Source: Bacteroidota bacterium
GTDB taxonomy: Bacteria > Bacteroidota > Bacteroidia > Bacteroidales > Porphyromonadaceae
DNA length: 64,000 bases
Direction: 5' to 3'
Assembly (NCBI GenBank): GCA_023396255.1
Contig: JAEWWU010000018.1
Span: 61,899 to 125,898 of the forward strand
Below the pieces are notes generated by a model that worked only from the letters and a program-made list of their open reading frames with translations, was not told the origin of the DNA and made no database searches. Numbering within the stretch: position 1 is the stretch's first letter; the number at the start of each line of letters is the position of its first letter. A program made the translations under genes and the position numbers. This document shows, in pieces, positions 8,556 through 18,563 of the stretch.

Positions 8556-10124
8556 TTAGAAAAAGAACTCTATTCCCCAATTCAAGTAGTGATTATTTTG
8601 CGAAGCAATCCGAGTATTTTGCCATTGCGTAAAAACGGAGGCAACAAATTTGCCCATTACAGAACGGCTGCAACGCACTCCTATCTGCCAAGAGTAAGTT
8701 CGTTTCGAGTTGTGCTCAAAGGAGCGAACCAATTCGTCAACCTGCGCTTGTAATGAGTGTTTTGTCGGATGTACATCGAGGATATTTTTTCGCGAATGAG
8801 GTTGAGACAGACATCCCTCCATTTCTGCTTCCAAAGCCCAATGGTCAAAAGTTCGACCTATTCTTGCCAAAACAGACTCTTTCAACACCGCTATACCTAC
8901 GGATTCCTGCGGATGAAGCAATCTCCGCTGGAGAGTCTCATAATCGACTCTGCACGATAACAAACCATACCAAGAGCCTCGCATATACTCAGCCATAAAC
9001 TCGGATTTGATATGGTGCAAAAGCGATTCGTAGAGAGGCAACGACGCTATTCGAGGATAAATCCCGGCAGCAGCATCACCATACATAAATACAGTTCCTA
9101 CCCTACGCTCACAACGGTAGCTTCCCTTTATGCCAAGGATTGCCTCTTGTGAGAGTCGAGTCTGCAAACCAGCTTCCGAAATGATTGTTCCGGTATGCAT
9201 CTGCGCCATAGAAAGTTGATTGAGATTCTTCAATATCTTATCGAACGCGAACAACTGCCAACGAACTCCTGCAAAAAAGGAAGTCTTGCGCTTTCTATCC
9301 ACAGGCAACAGATCCAACCCAGCTGAATAGAGATACCCCTTGTAAAAATTCTCCGTATTGTTTCCCCTAAATCGATAATAATCTTGAGACAATCCCAAGA
9401 AGTGATACTCCGAAGGAACTCCCAACTCGCTCATAAAAAGGACCTCGTTGGATTGCTTATAAGTACCTGCCGTCCCATAAACGATCACTGCACAATGATC
9501 TCCCAAGACGAAACCCACAGAGGGAGAAAGTTGAAAACAGGTTGTTAAGTTCTTTGGTCTGGGATCCACATAAAAGGAAGAAATAACAGCCTTGTACGAG
9601 GCATTGATCCCCCAGTTCCACAAATTATACTTACGTGCAAATCCTCCCGAAAAAAAATACGACTCACGATTGCGGTTCTGTTGGGCTACCGTATCTCCCA
9701 TAACAAACGGAGCTAAGAGCTGATAGTCATCTGAATGATTGAGAGCTACCCCACCCAACAAAGCGTTGCCATAACCGGCCTTTGTAAAAGCAGCAATAGC
9801 CCCTTTTTTCAAAAAAGTTTCTGCACTCGTTTGCCACTCTCTCTTACTCGTTCCCTCTTGTATGTACCGAGGATTCTGTTTCTGATAATCGTCCTTCCCC
9901 ACCGTTATTGCTCCGTGCGAAGGCAACACGCTGTACAACAAATGAGTTGCATACTGCTCTTGAGCAAAAGGGATTGCAAAGTTCGATACTGCTGCTCTTT
10001 TAAGACGCAACGTGTACAGTAGCGAATCTCCGGAAAAGAAGCTACTCTCTCCCCCCTTTGCATAGTTAAAATGTACCACACAAAGCCCCCACACAATCAA
10101 AAACAGAACGAAGATCTTTCTCAT
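8556..10124 (-). CDS. Outer-membrane beta-barrel protein (DUF6850-like)
   Basis: Has a signal peptide (MRKIFVLFLIVWGLCVV), alternating amphipathic strands rich in Y/G/S, and a C-terminal ..NWGIEFFF (terminal aromatic residue typical of OMPs). Family name is from memory. Confidence 0.6.
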   Translation of the reverse strand: MRKIFVLFLIVWGLCVVHFNYAKGGESSFFSGDSLLYTLRLKRAAVSNFAIPFAQEQYATHLLYSVLPSHGAITVGKDDYQKQNPRYIQEGTSKREWQTSAETFLKKGAIAAFTKAGYGNALLGGVALNHSDDYQLLAPFVMGDTVAQQNRNRESYFFSGGFARKYNLWNWGINASYKAVISSFYVDPRPKNLTTCFQLSPSVGFVLGDHCAVIVYGTAGTYKQSNEVLFMSELGVPSEYHFLGLSQDYYRFRGNNTENFYKGYLYSAGLDLLPVDRKRKTSFFAGVRWQLFAFDKILKNLNQLSMAQMHTGTIISEAGLQTRLSQEAILGIKGSYRCERRVGTVFMYGDAAAGIYPRIASLPLYESLLHHIKSEFMAEYMRGSWYGLLSCRVDYETLQRRLLHPQESVGIAVLKESVLARIGRTFDHWALEAEMEGCLSQPHSRKNILDVHPTKHSLQAQVDELVRSFEHNSKRTYSWQIGVRCSRSVMGKFVASVFTQWQNTRIASQNNHYLNWGIEFFF

Positions 10125-10138
10125 AGTCTGTGTTTCAA

Positions 10139-11506
10139 CTACTCTACGGGCATTACACCATCGTGGGTCTGTTGAGAGGCCTTTGTTCCGCCTGCATCTG
10201 TCGCCGTTTTTTGCCGTTCCACGATGGAAGGGATTACCATAGGATTAAAATCTTTTGTTGAGTTATTGGTATCTTGCAATACGATACACCCATCCGACAA
10301 TATCTCTTTTACCTTACGCCTAACACTATGGAAGTAGCGGTCTTTCTGCTTGTCTACCGTACCACAGTTGGTCCACCCCGCATCAATGGTCGGAGGGAGT
10401 ATATTCCATACCACTTTGGACGCTACACTACAATTCACCCCATCCAAAATCCACTCGTTGGGCAAACGATATGTTTGGCGTTCCATAGGATAGTCTCCGG
10501 TGGGGGCACTTATCGTATATCGAAAAGTGTAGCGATATTCTTTCAAGTACTCTTGCTTGGACACCGGTATTCTGGCAATGGCATAAGAGCGAAACCCTCT
10601 ATTGTGCAAAACCCAAATGCTTTTGGTATAGCAGTACCACTTGTCCATATTGGGAACCAAAGGGCTATCGAAATCTGTGTGCGCCGGAGCCGAGGAAATA
10701 TCGTACCACTCCATATCCGCTTTGGAGAGATCGAACGAATTCGGATTTACCGCTTTATGGTCAATGCCTGTATCACAAATAACGAAATCTCCACCGGGAG
10801 GCACCGGGTGCTCGGAACCGCTGCCCGGAACTACATAGATAGCCTCCACGCTAAAATCCGTCATCTGCAAATCGGGGGTATAGTTGTACTTCTGCACGGA
10901 AGTAAATGTAGACTCCGTGAGAGCAATTCCATCAGCGTACAACATCCTATCCGTATTATTGTGCAGTACAACGTAGTTATCCCCGTGGTACTGTTTCCCC
11001 GATGGATAAAGAGTACCGGTAAAGAAGATTTCCCTGATGACAAAATCCCCTACCTCTTTGATCACAAAAGCCTCCAGGGACACTTTCTGCCCTCCTTTTT
11101 GCGAGCTTATTTGTACCGCCTCTCTCTGCCCCTTGAGATTGACTTTTACCGAAGTGTTTGGAGTTGTGCAAACCGCCTCGAGAGAGACGTTGTACAGTCC
11201 GGGTAAGAGTTGTATATCTTTCCCTGAAGAAGATGTATTGCTCTCGCCTGTCGAAACATTATAAAACGAGTACAGGGCTTTCTCTATCACTGCCCCTTTG
11301 ACCTCCGGTGGCAAAACGAGTTCTACGGATACCGAAACCGGAATAGGTGGCGTAGGCTTATCCGGAACACACCCAACCCCAACAAGGCAAGATACGGATA
11401 CAAGAAAAACGAGAGCTCTGCATACTCCAAAACCGGTCTCCTTCGCTCGAAATACTTTCAACCTGCGTAGGGATATATTCTTTTCAATTCGTATAAGTCT
11501 GTTCAT
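10139..11506 (-). CDS. Surface lipoprotein partner of the TonB-dependent receptor (DUF4876-like)
   Basis: Lipobox LVGVGC. It lies 6 nt downstream of the receptor gene. Family name is from memory of the TBDT-DUF4876-DUF6850 gene order in Bacteroidales. Confidence 0.6.
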   Translation of the reverse strand: MNRLIRIEKNISLRRLKVFRAKETGFGVCRALVFLVSVSCLVGVGCVPDKPTPPIPVSVSVELVLPPEVKGAVIEKALYSFYNVSTGESNTSSSGKDIQLLPGLYNVSLEAVCTTPNTSVKVNLKGQREAVQISSQKGGQKVSLEAFVIKEVGDFVIREIFFTGTLYPSGKQYHGDNYVVLHNNTDRMLYADGIALTESTFTSVQKYNYTPDLQMTDFSVEAIYVVPGSGSEHPVPPGGDFVICDTGIDHKAVNPNSFDLSKADMEWYDISSAPAHTDFDSPLVPNMDKWYCYTKSIWVLHNRGFRSYAIARIPVSKQEYLKEYRYTFRYTISAPTGDYPMERQTYRLPNEWILDGVNCSVASKVVWNILPPTIDAGWTNCGTVDKQKDRYFHSVRRKVKEILSDGCIVLQDTNNSTKDFNPMVIPSIVERQKTATDAGGTKASQQTHDGVMPVE

Positions 11507-11512
11507 TATTTT

Positions 11513-14350
11513 TCAATATCTAAGTTGTACTTCCATTCCGAAATAAGGGAATACATTACGCCGAACAATAATGTTGTTGGCTTTATAGTCGGGTGTGTAA
11601 TCCCACAGATTGTGAGCAAAAATGGACATACGGAGATGCTTCCCCACCATTTTTGTCAATTTCAAATTGACGTTCACGCCTCCGGGAACATATACTTCTC
11701 TAAACAGAGCCGAGTTGAAGCTCTCCTTGAGCTGTTTGAGGTACACATTCTGTTCACTTTCGGAGGTATAGTTGTGTAATTTCCCGTCCTCCGCAGCAAA
11801 ATAGGCAAATGGAGTTCCTTCCATAGGCATTCGACGCATAGCCGTGAACCAAACACACTCGACCGTTGTCGAAAAAATGAGGCCATAGTGAGGTATTTGG
11901 GTATCCAAAATGATGTTGGTATTAAGGCGTTTATTGTGACTTCCTTCATCTCGGTTGTACAATCCTACGTAAAGATCTCCAACAGCCTTATTGTCGATTA
12001 CGGCAGAAACGGGAACAAAAAGAGCCATACTATTGGAATAGGAAGAGTGGTAATAGGCTCCATTGATCGTTATGGCTGTTCTCAAAGCAGCTATTCGCGG
12101 CGAGGAGAACGAAAACTCTATTCCCCTTTTAACTACCAATGTCCCATTCTGAGGCAGTGATTTAATTTCTAACTTCTTCTCTCTCGTGTACGGGATTGCC
12201 GACAGATCGGGAGGAGCCGTAAGAGAAGATCCATCAACAGAAGAGTGATCGTATTTCTTAAACGAATAGGCCTCCGGTTCGGGATTGTATCTAAAGCCCG
12301 TAGTCATCTTCTCAAAAAAGCCGGTAACTCCGATCGAAAATCCATCTCCCCAATTAACCCGAATATGAGCATCCACCTTATGATTAAGGGTGGGTTTGAG
12401 GTTATAAGAAGAGACATCTCTGACATAGGTTATCACATTGAACCGGCTGTACATCTCGGGATGGTACACATCATAATAGTTGAGCTGCAAAATATCTATG
12501 TAACGAGTGTCCGGAAAAAGATAGTTGAGTGTGGGCATCCGATGGGTTGTTCCGTAACCGACTCCACAAGAGACCAAAAACTGTTCCTTTCCCACCCTAA
12601 GGGAGCGACTCTTCCATTGCAAATTGGCCCTCGGATCCAAATAAACCTTTCCCGCAATCAGATACTTCTTGTCGAGCCCCGGTAAGGATGTCGATCGCAC
12701 CCCCGCCCTCAATTCCAAGCTATTCTTATCATTGATAGGAACGGAGAAAAAGTCCTCGGCAAAAAAGGATAGCGTTTGCAACGCAGGAATAGTTCTGTAA
12801 TCACGGGGGCGTGTGTCCCATCTGCCAATAAATATGGGGCGACGAAGGTCGTACACCTGCCCTTTACCCCAATTCTTAACGAAGCTGTACTCCGCCCCTC
12901 CTTTGAAGTCGTGTACACATCCTTCAAACTTCAGTCTGTAAGAAGCCGTAGTTGAAAAGTCCACACTAAACGGACGACCATAACAAGCGTAGTCGGCAAC
13001 ATACTCCCCCAACAAAAGGGAAGCATCGTGCTCCCCACTCTCATAAGACGAGGGAGCCAAAGAGGCCCTGTCCGGAGCCATCAATTTGCGTTCTCGAAGC
13101 AACTCTATCTGTTGAGAGGCACTGCACCGAATTTTAAACTCTTTCCACCCCGAATCCTCCACATCGGGAGAAAGAAATTGCCCCATACCGGTCAGAGCGC
13201 AACGGTTGTATGAAGAATAATACTCGTCTGTCTTCCCATACGACAAATCGGGATCTCGCTTAGCATTATCGAAAGATCCTGTATAATCTCCTATCACGTG
13301 CCATTTCCAATGATGCTCTTCTCCATAATAGCGCAGCGATGTATTGATTCTTTTGTATCCGACAAGGAGGTTTCTGGGATCAATTCGAGAATCAATAAGT
13401 CCTAAGTCTGCGTTTATATGTTGCTGACCATTGGAAGACCCCCGATTAAGTACAACACCTCCCTCAATATATCCCAGCTTACTGTACCCGTCTGCCTTAA
13501 ATCGAGCAGATGGGCTCACAACCCTACTCTTGCGAGTGACCAGCACCACTCCGGAGGTAAGATTGCCAAACTCCACCGAAGGGATACCGGTGATGAACTC
13601 CACTTGTTCGATGTTATCCGTGCTCAACGTGCGCATATCCACTCCCCGATTGATACTGTTTCTTTGGCTCTCCCACACAGACGATGTTCCGGATGGCTTA
13701 TACTGCAAGTTGCCGTCCGTAACAATAGGGGCACCATCTACCACAAAAGAAACGCCGAGAGAAGTTATGGAATAATTAGGATTATACGTTTGCGCTCCGG
13801 AGGTGGACAAAGAGCCCGTCTCCCTCAACAAGAGAGGATTAAATCGATCCATCTGAGGGGCTGCACTTTTCCCACCCGGCAACAAGGCAATGAGATCCGA
13901 AAAACTATTTGGTTGTAAATGGTCTATGGCTGCACGACCTATTTTTATGGAAGAGGTTTCTCTGTTACCGGCCTTTGCCGTGACAACAACAGTAGACAAT
14001 CTCCGAGAATCTTGAAACAAAATATCTCGCAACACCACCCCACCGGAAACCGAAGAAGAACGAACCTTTTCCCCTTTGGAAACGATCCCCAAATAGCGAC
14101 ACCGAACGTACAACTCTTCGTTGCAGGGAAGTCCTTGTAGTAAATACTCTCCTCGCTCATTGGTGACCGTTACGGCTATTTCCTTTTGACTCTTTTCGCT
14201 CCAAGCCGACACCGTGGCATACTCCAAAGGCAACAAACTACTCTCCTCGATAACTTTTCCCCGAATGGAAGAACTTTGTTGCTGAGCATCAACGGCATAG
14301 AATGAAATAAAAAATATAATTACGTACAGTGTTTTCTTGTACCGATTCAT
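11513..14350 (-). CDS. TonB-dependent receptor with N-terminal carboxypeptidase-regulatory-like domain
   Basis: Signal YVIIFFISFYAVDAQ, IRGKVIEESSLLPLEYATVSAW (CarbopepD_reg-like), a plug region (..IEQVEFITGIPSVEFGN), and a C-terminal ..YFGMEVQLRY. ATG at 14350 preferred. Confidence 0.85.
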   Translation of the reverse strand: MNRYKKTLYVIIFFISFYAVDAQQQSSSIRGKVIEESSLLPLEYATVSAWSEKSQKEIAVTVTNERGEYLLQGLPCNEELYVRCRYLGIVSKGEKVRSSSVSGGVVLRDILFQDSRRLSTVVVTAKAGNRETSSIKIGRAAIDHLQPNSFSDLIALLPGGKSAAPQMDRFNPLLLRETGSLSTSGAQTYNPNYSITSLGVSFVVDGAPIVTDGNLQYKPSGTSSVWESQRNSINRGVDMRTLSTDNIEQVEFITGIPSVEFGNLTSGVVLVTRKSRVVSPSARFKADGYSKLGYIEGGVVLNRGSSNGQQHINADLGLIDSRIDPRNLLVGYKRINTSLRYYGEEHHWKWHVIGDYTGSFDNAKRDPDLSYGKTDEYYSSYNRCALTGMGQFLSPDVEDSGWKEFKIRCSASQQIELLRERKLMAPDRASLAPSSYESGEHDASLLLGEYVADYACYGRPFSVDFSTTASYRLKFEGCVHDFKGGAEYSFVKNWGKGQVYDLRRPIFIGRWDTRPRDYRTIPALQTLSFFAEDFFSVPINDKNSLELRAGVRSTSLPGLDKKYLIAGKVYLDPRANLQWKSRSLRVGKEQFLVSCGVGYGTTHRMPTLNYLFPDTRYIDILQLNYYDVYHPEMYSRFNVITYVRDVSSYNLKPTLNHKVDAHIRVNWGDGFSIGVTGFFEKMTTGFRYNPEPEAYSFKKYDHSSVDGSSLTAPPDLSAIPYTREKKLEIKSLPQNGTLVVKRGIEFSFSSPRIAALRTAITINGAYYHSSYSNSMALFVPVSAVIDNKAVGDLYVGLYNRDEGSHNKRLNTNIILDTQIPHYGLIFSTTVECVWFTAMRRMPMEGTPFAYFAAEDGKLHNYTSESEQNVYLKQLKESFNSALFREVYVPGGVNVNLKLTKMVGKHLRMSIFAHNLWDYTPDYKANNIIVRRNVFPYFGMEVQLRY

Positions 14351-14371
14351 TTCATATGACTTTATAGAGCG

Positions 14372-14379
14372 CAAAGGTA
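14372..14379 (-). promoter_or_regulatory. -7 promoter box (TACCTTTG on the minus strand)
   Basis: Perfect TAnnTTTG, 22 nt upstream of the receptor ATG at 14350. Confidence 0.55.
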
Positions 14380-14500
14380 GTTGCCTACCACCCCTATTTG
14401 CAATACCTAATTATTGTCATTTATTCCTTTCCATCAAGCTATCCTACATTCATTTGTATTACTGAAAAGGTGCAATTGTTCTCAAATACAATTAGGCTGA

Positions 14501-14605
14501 GGGATTAGTTCCCTGCAAAGAAAAATTATGTTGGACGGAAGAAAAATTCATAGGGAATTATCAAACAATAATTCCCTGCTTTTCTCCAATTTTGAGGGAA
14601 CTATT
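14501..14605 (+). repeat. Mosaic intergenic repeat, copy 1 (type I)
   Basis: 9-mers TAGTTCCCT 14506, AGGGAATTA 14552, TAATTCCCT 14569, AGGGAACTA 14595, with core TTGGACGGAAGAAAAATT. About 85-90% identical to copy 4 with identical 46/17/26 spacing. Confidence 0.9.
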
Positions 14606-14730
14606 CAAGAAAGAATTCTTGAGGAAAAAGTAAAAGATCTGTGTGTGTAAAAAATTGATACGATAACGTCTACGAGAAGTTTTTGTCCACTCATCTTTTC
14701 TGTTTGTCGACAAAAGACGACCTTTGTCTT

Positions 14731-15576
14731 ATGAACAATGCGATGATTAAAAGATATCTGTTCAATACACCCTCGACAATCGGAGTTGAAGCCAAGAGTC
14801 TTGATTTTCTTTGGGAAAAAGCTCCTATGACAGAGGGAATACATCGAGCTGATTTTTACCATCTTATTTGGGTAGAAAAAGGAAACCTTTTTCTGATGGT
14901 TGACTTTGAAGAGCTTTGTTTGCAAAGCAACGATGCTTTTCTTATATCTCCGGGGCAAATCTGTCGCTTTAATCTTCTATCCCATCCACAAGCATTCTCT
15001 GTATTATTCGTTCCCGAATTCCTTGGTGAAGCCTCAACCGATGCTCAACTTCTTCATCGAATATTAAGGATAAGTCCCCTTGGGCATAAAGTAATATCCT
15101 TGCAAGGTCTACCTATGAGCAGTCTGATGCAACAACTTATCCGTGAACTGGAAAACGATACAGACGAATATCAATTAGTCGTTGCACGTAGCTGTTTGCG
15201 TATCTTGTTGGCTGAAGTTGCCCGCCGTCTCCCCAAAATGCCCGGCAACTCAAATGAAACTGCAAAACGTTTTTTTGAAGAGGTGGAAAAACACCATCAC
15301 CAATGGCACAATGTGAGTGATTATTTACCTCTGCTTTCTGTACAAGAGAAACCTCTCTCCGAATCCGTCCGCCTTGCCGTAGGAATGACCCCCAAAATAT
15401 ATCTCGACCAAAGACGTATGCTCGAAGCCAAACGCTTTCTGGCATATAGCAACCTATCTATCAAGGAAATTGCATTCTCTTTGGGATTTGATGAACCGAC
15501 GAACTTCAACAAATTCTTTCGCAAGCACTCCGGCATAAGTCCTAACGAATTTAGACTTATGCAGACAAGAAAATAA
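14731..15576 (+). CDS. AraC-family transcriptional regulator
   Basis: C-terminal double HTH (..IKEIAFSLGFDEPTNFNKFFRKHSGISPNEFR) and an N-terminal cupin-like domain. The first ATG is at 14731; the listed start at 14683 is TTG. Confidence 0.85.
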   Translation: MNNAMIKRYLFNTPSTIGVEAKSLDFLWEKAPMTEGIHRADFYHLIWVEKGNLFLMVDFEELCLQSNDAFLISPGQICRFNLLSHPQAFSVLFVPEFLGEASTDAQLLHRILRISPLGHKVISLQGLPMSSLMQQLIRELENDTDEYQLVVARSCLRILLAEVARRLPKMPGNSNETAKRFFEEVEKHHHQWHNVSDYLPLLSVQEKPLSESVRLAVGMTPKIYLDQRRMLEAKRFLAYSNLSIKEIAFSLGFDEPTNFNKFFRKHSGISPNEFRLMQTRK

Positions 15577-15676
15577 AAATCTCCTGTCGGAGATTTACCC
15601 TATAAACGCCCAAAAGGATTATAAGAAGCGTATCCGTTGCCTCTTCCTTTGCCATATCAAAATCAATGAAAAAAAG

Positions 15677-16540
15677 ATGATGGCAAAAGTGACAACAATT
15701 CTGATCGCAGCCCTTACAACAGTCTGTTGCATTGCACAGGAGGCTAAAAGTCTAACAAAAACAAATAATCCAATGAGCAAAAAAGAACAAGTAGTAGCTC
15801 TTCTCAAGAGCATTGAAACGGGAGATACAAATCCTATCGCATTTATCAATGCAAACAAATACACCCAACACAACCTCGCTATAAAAGATGGCTTGGCCGG
15901 GTTCGGAGCAACCCTTGCTGCGCTCCCCAAGGGGTCGGCGCGTGTACATACCGTACGTGTTTTTCAAGATGATAACTTTGTCTTTGCACACACCGATTAC
16001 AATTTCTTTGGACCTAAAATAGGCTTTGACATTTTCCGCTTCGAAGATGGTAAAATTGTAGAGCATTGGGATAACCTTGCCGAAACTCCTGCCGTGGCGA
16101 ACCCCAGCAATCATACTATGATTGACGGAACTACCGAACTAAAAGATTTGGACAAGACGGCAATAAATAAAACCCTCGTAGAACAGTTTGTTCGCGACGT
16201 GCTTATAGGACAAGCCCCCGATAAGCTAACGAGCTATTTTGATGGGGACAAATATATACAGCACAATCCGGCAATTGCAGACGGACTTTCGGGGTTGGGT
16301 ACGGCCCTCGCCGAAATGGCCAAGAATGGAGTAACAATGACCTACGAACGCATTCATAAAGTACTTGGAGAGGGAAATTTCGTTCTCGTGGTAAGTGAGG
16401 GATATTTTGCGGGTAAGCAGGTAAGTTTCTACGATCTCTTTCGAGTAGAAGCAGGCAAGATTGCCGAGCACTGGGACGTTATCGAACCAATACTTCCGGG
16501 CTCGGAATGGCAGCATCAAAATGGGAAATTCGGATTCTGA
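15677..16540 (+). CDS. Secreted tandem NTF2/SnoaL-like domain protein
   Basis: Has a signal peptide (ILIAALTTVCCIAQE) and two similar halves, each ending ..G(K)I(V/A)EHWD(N/V), a SnoaL-like fold signature. Confidence 0.65.
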   Translation: MMAKVTTILIAALTTVCCIAQEAKSLTKTNNPMSKKEQVVALLKSIETGDTNPIAFINANKYTQHNLAIKDGLAGFGATLAALPKGSARVHTVRVFQDDNFVFAHTDYNFFGPKIGFDIFRFEDGKIVEHWDNLAETPAVANPSNHTMIDGTTELKDLDKTAINKTLVEQFVRDVLIGQAPDKLTSYFDGDKYIQHNPAIADGLSGLGTALAEMAKNGVTMTYERIHKVLGEGNFVLVVSEGYFAGKQVSFYDLFRVEAGKIAEHWDVIEPILPGSEWQHQNGKFGF

Positions 16541-16564
16541 ATAATAACGAAAAAAATAAAAAAC

Positions 16565-16600
16565 AAAGCCCGCGTTGTCCATAATCACAACGTGGGCTTT
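16565..16600. terminator. Bidirectional terminator between convergent genes
   Basis: A 13-bp stem (aaagcccgcgttg / caacgtgggcttt, one G-U), flanked by an A-run upstream and a T-rich tract downstream. Confidence 0.6.
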
Positions 16601-16714
16601 GCCGTTATTTGCACAGTGTTGCGACAGTGATCAATTTCGGGAAGAGGCAAAAAGATCTTTTCCTTACCACTTCGAAATCCAGGGATCGACTATTATGACA
16701 CACTGCCAATAATT

Positions 16715-18409
16715 TCATAGTTTTTGTATTTCTATCCGATTTACCCAAACCTGACTCCTGTCTAAATTAGCCTCAAAATTTTTTCGCATAAAATCTGTGT
16801 TGTACTCAACCAACTTATTGAAGTATAATTTCCCATTTACATATACCCGTACTTTCTTTTTCATATCGATCATTTCCGGTGAAATATTGATTGCCAAACC
16901 TTTTATACAAGAGGTTTGGATGCGAAACACGTTATCCTCGTATTTTGCCACAATTTTACCTGATTGGCGAGGAAAGTCAAAAGCTGTTTTATCCACATTT
17001 ACGACCTGGAGAGCATCGTTGTCGTTATATTCCAGCCATCGATTTATCCTAAAATTCAAATCTCGATGCCACTCTTTTCGCTCCGTCAACGTATCTAATC
17101 GAATATTAGAAATCCAGTCCACGCTTCCATACCGTTCGTCGTCAAACTCCCAAACAATCTTTTTAGGGAAAGGGTTTCTTTTGCGCCCTACGAGGTCTGT
17201 GAAAAGAATCTGATAAGCCTGTTCCGATTCATCGAATTGAGGAAACCAATGAGGAAACCCCGTATAACGATACTCCTTGTAATCAGCATTGATTTGTCTC
17301 ATCAATCGAGAGAAATCATCGTTTGCATTGGGAGGATAGTAGTAATCCTCATCTGTGGAAAAGTTCACAAACGAACGGTTTTTTATATTCTCTGCAAATG
17401 TTCCCCCCGTAAAAACTTTCGGATAAGTGTTAAACCCATAGAGACCAGCAAATGGTGTAGGCTGTTTCATCAAGTATGAGAAAGATCCGGTTGCTCCATT
17501 GGAATGCCCCGATACAAAAACTCTGTCATCGTCTACATTAACTGCTTTTTTTACAAGTACCAATATCTTTGGAATCATAAAGAAACCATCATCCGGCATC
17601 ATCCAATTGAATTGTTTGCTTCCTTTTGGGAAAACCAAAATAACGTTGTTCAAAGCTGCGTACTTTGTGTAAAATCGGTTCCAATCATACAAACACTCAC
17701 TTGCGGTCTGGTATTCAGACAACCTATTGCTTCTCACCGCGCCGTGCAAGAAAAACAAAAGTGGATAGCTCTTCCTGGGGTCGTAATTCAAAGGTAGATG
17801 TACAAAAAACGACGTTTTAACAGAATCGTTTATGGCAAACGAAATAGAATAATCTCGCTCCTGCTTGAACAAGTATCCATCTCGTTGCTTAATTGCTTCG
17901 TACAGGCTTACTGGCGATTTTATCTCCCGTAAATCGGAGGTATCGGCTGCATAGAACTCTTTTTCTCTCTCCCTTAGCCTATCGAAAAAGATCCTTTTAT
18001 CTCTTTGTGCTTCATCATTCAGCTCCTTCCATCTGGCATCTGAAAACAGGTTTACAAACTCTTCCTCTGAAGCCTCCCCTACGATGTATTGCCATTTTGG
18101 GACAAGCATATACTTATCCTCCAAATTCATCAGCATTGCAAGAAACTTAAAAGCTTTGTCGTACTCTTTCAGCTCAGTAGAGAGAACAGAAGCCTTGTAC
18201 AATCCCACTTCGTCAATACTATCCGGAAAAAAGGAAAAAGCCTTTTCGTATATATCAAGAGATTTTCTATACCCAACAGTGTCTTTAGACTGCCACATAC
18301 ATTCCAGAGCTTCTTGCGCAAGCATCGAGTAGTTTGTCGTCTGAGCGAATAAAGAAAAGCAGGCTGAGGTATATATAAGAATTAGAAGAATTTTTAGTCG
18401 ATGCTTCAT
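16715..18409 (-). CDS. Secreted alpha/beta-hydrolase (esterase/peptidase-like) with N-terminal helical repeat region
   Basis: Signal LLILIYTSACFSLFAQ, an oxyanion-like LLFFLHGA, and nucleophile elbow VSGHSNGATGS (G-x-S-x-G). Confidence 0.6.
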   Translation of the reverse strand: MKHRLKILLILIYTSACFSLFAQTTNYSMLAQEALECMWQSKDTVGYRKSLDIYEKAFSFFPDSIDEVGLYKASVLSTELKEYDKAFKFLAMLMNLEDKYMLVPKWQYIVGEASEEEFVNLFSDARWKELNDEAQRDKRIFFDRLREREKEFYAADTSDLREIKSPVSLYEAIKQRDGYLFKQERDYSISFAINDSVKTSFFVHLPLNYDPRKSYPLLFFLHGAVRSNRLSEYQTASECLYDWNRFYTKYAALNNVILVFPKGSKQFNWMMPDDGFFMIPKILVLVKKAVNVDDDRVFVSGHSNGATGSFSYLMKQPTPFAGLYGFNTYPKVFTGGTFAENIKNRSFVNFSTDEDYYYPPNANDDFSRLMRQINADYKEYRYTGFPHWFPQFDESEQAYQILFTDLVGRKRNPFPKKIVWEFDDERYGSVDWISNIRLDTLTERKEWHRDLNFRINRWLEYNDNDALQVVNVDKTAFDFPRQSGKIVAKYEDNVFRIQTSCIKGLAINISPEMIDMKKKVRVYVNGKLYFNKLVEYNTDFMRKNFEANLDRSQVWVNRIEIQKL

Positions 18410-18563
18410 TCTGTTGTGTTTTTAAGAATGTTTTTCTGTTATAAACGTCCGAGCTCCGTTTTAGAAAATAATCAGAGCACAGACTCCTAAAATTTGTTCA
18501 AAAGTACCCAGAAAAAGATCGTTTTCAGCTCACTCTGCACTACGAGCTATTTACCTCTAACGC

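Noticed and set aside
14501-14605. Possibility that the TAGTTCCCT repeat clusters are CRISPR arrays.
   Set aside because: The units are only 9 bp, alternate in orientation, have irregular 17-46 nt spacing and only four units per locus, and there are no cas genes.
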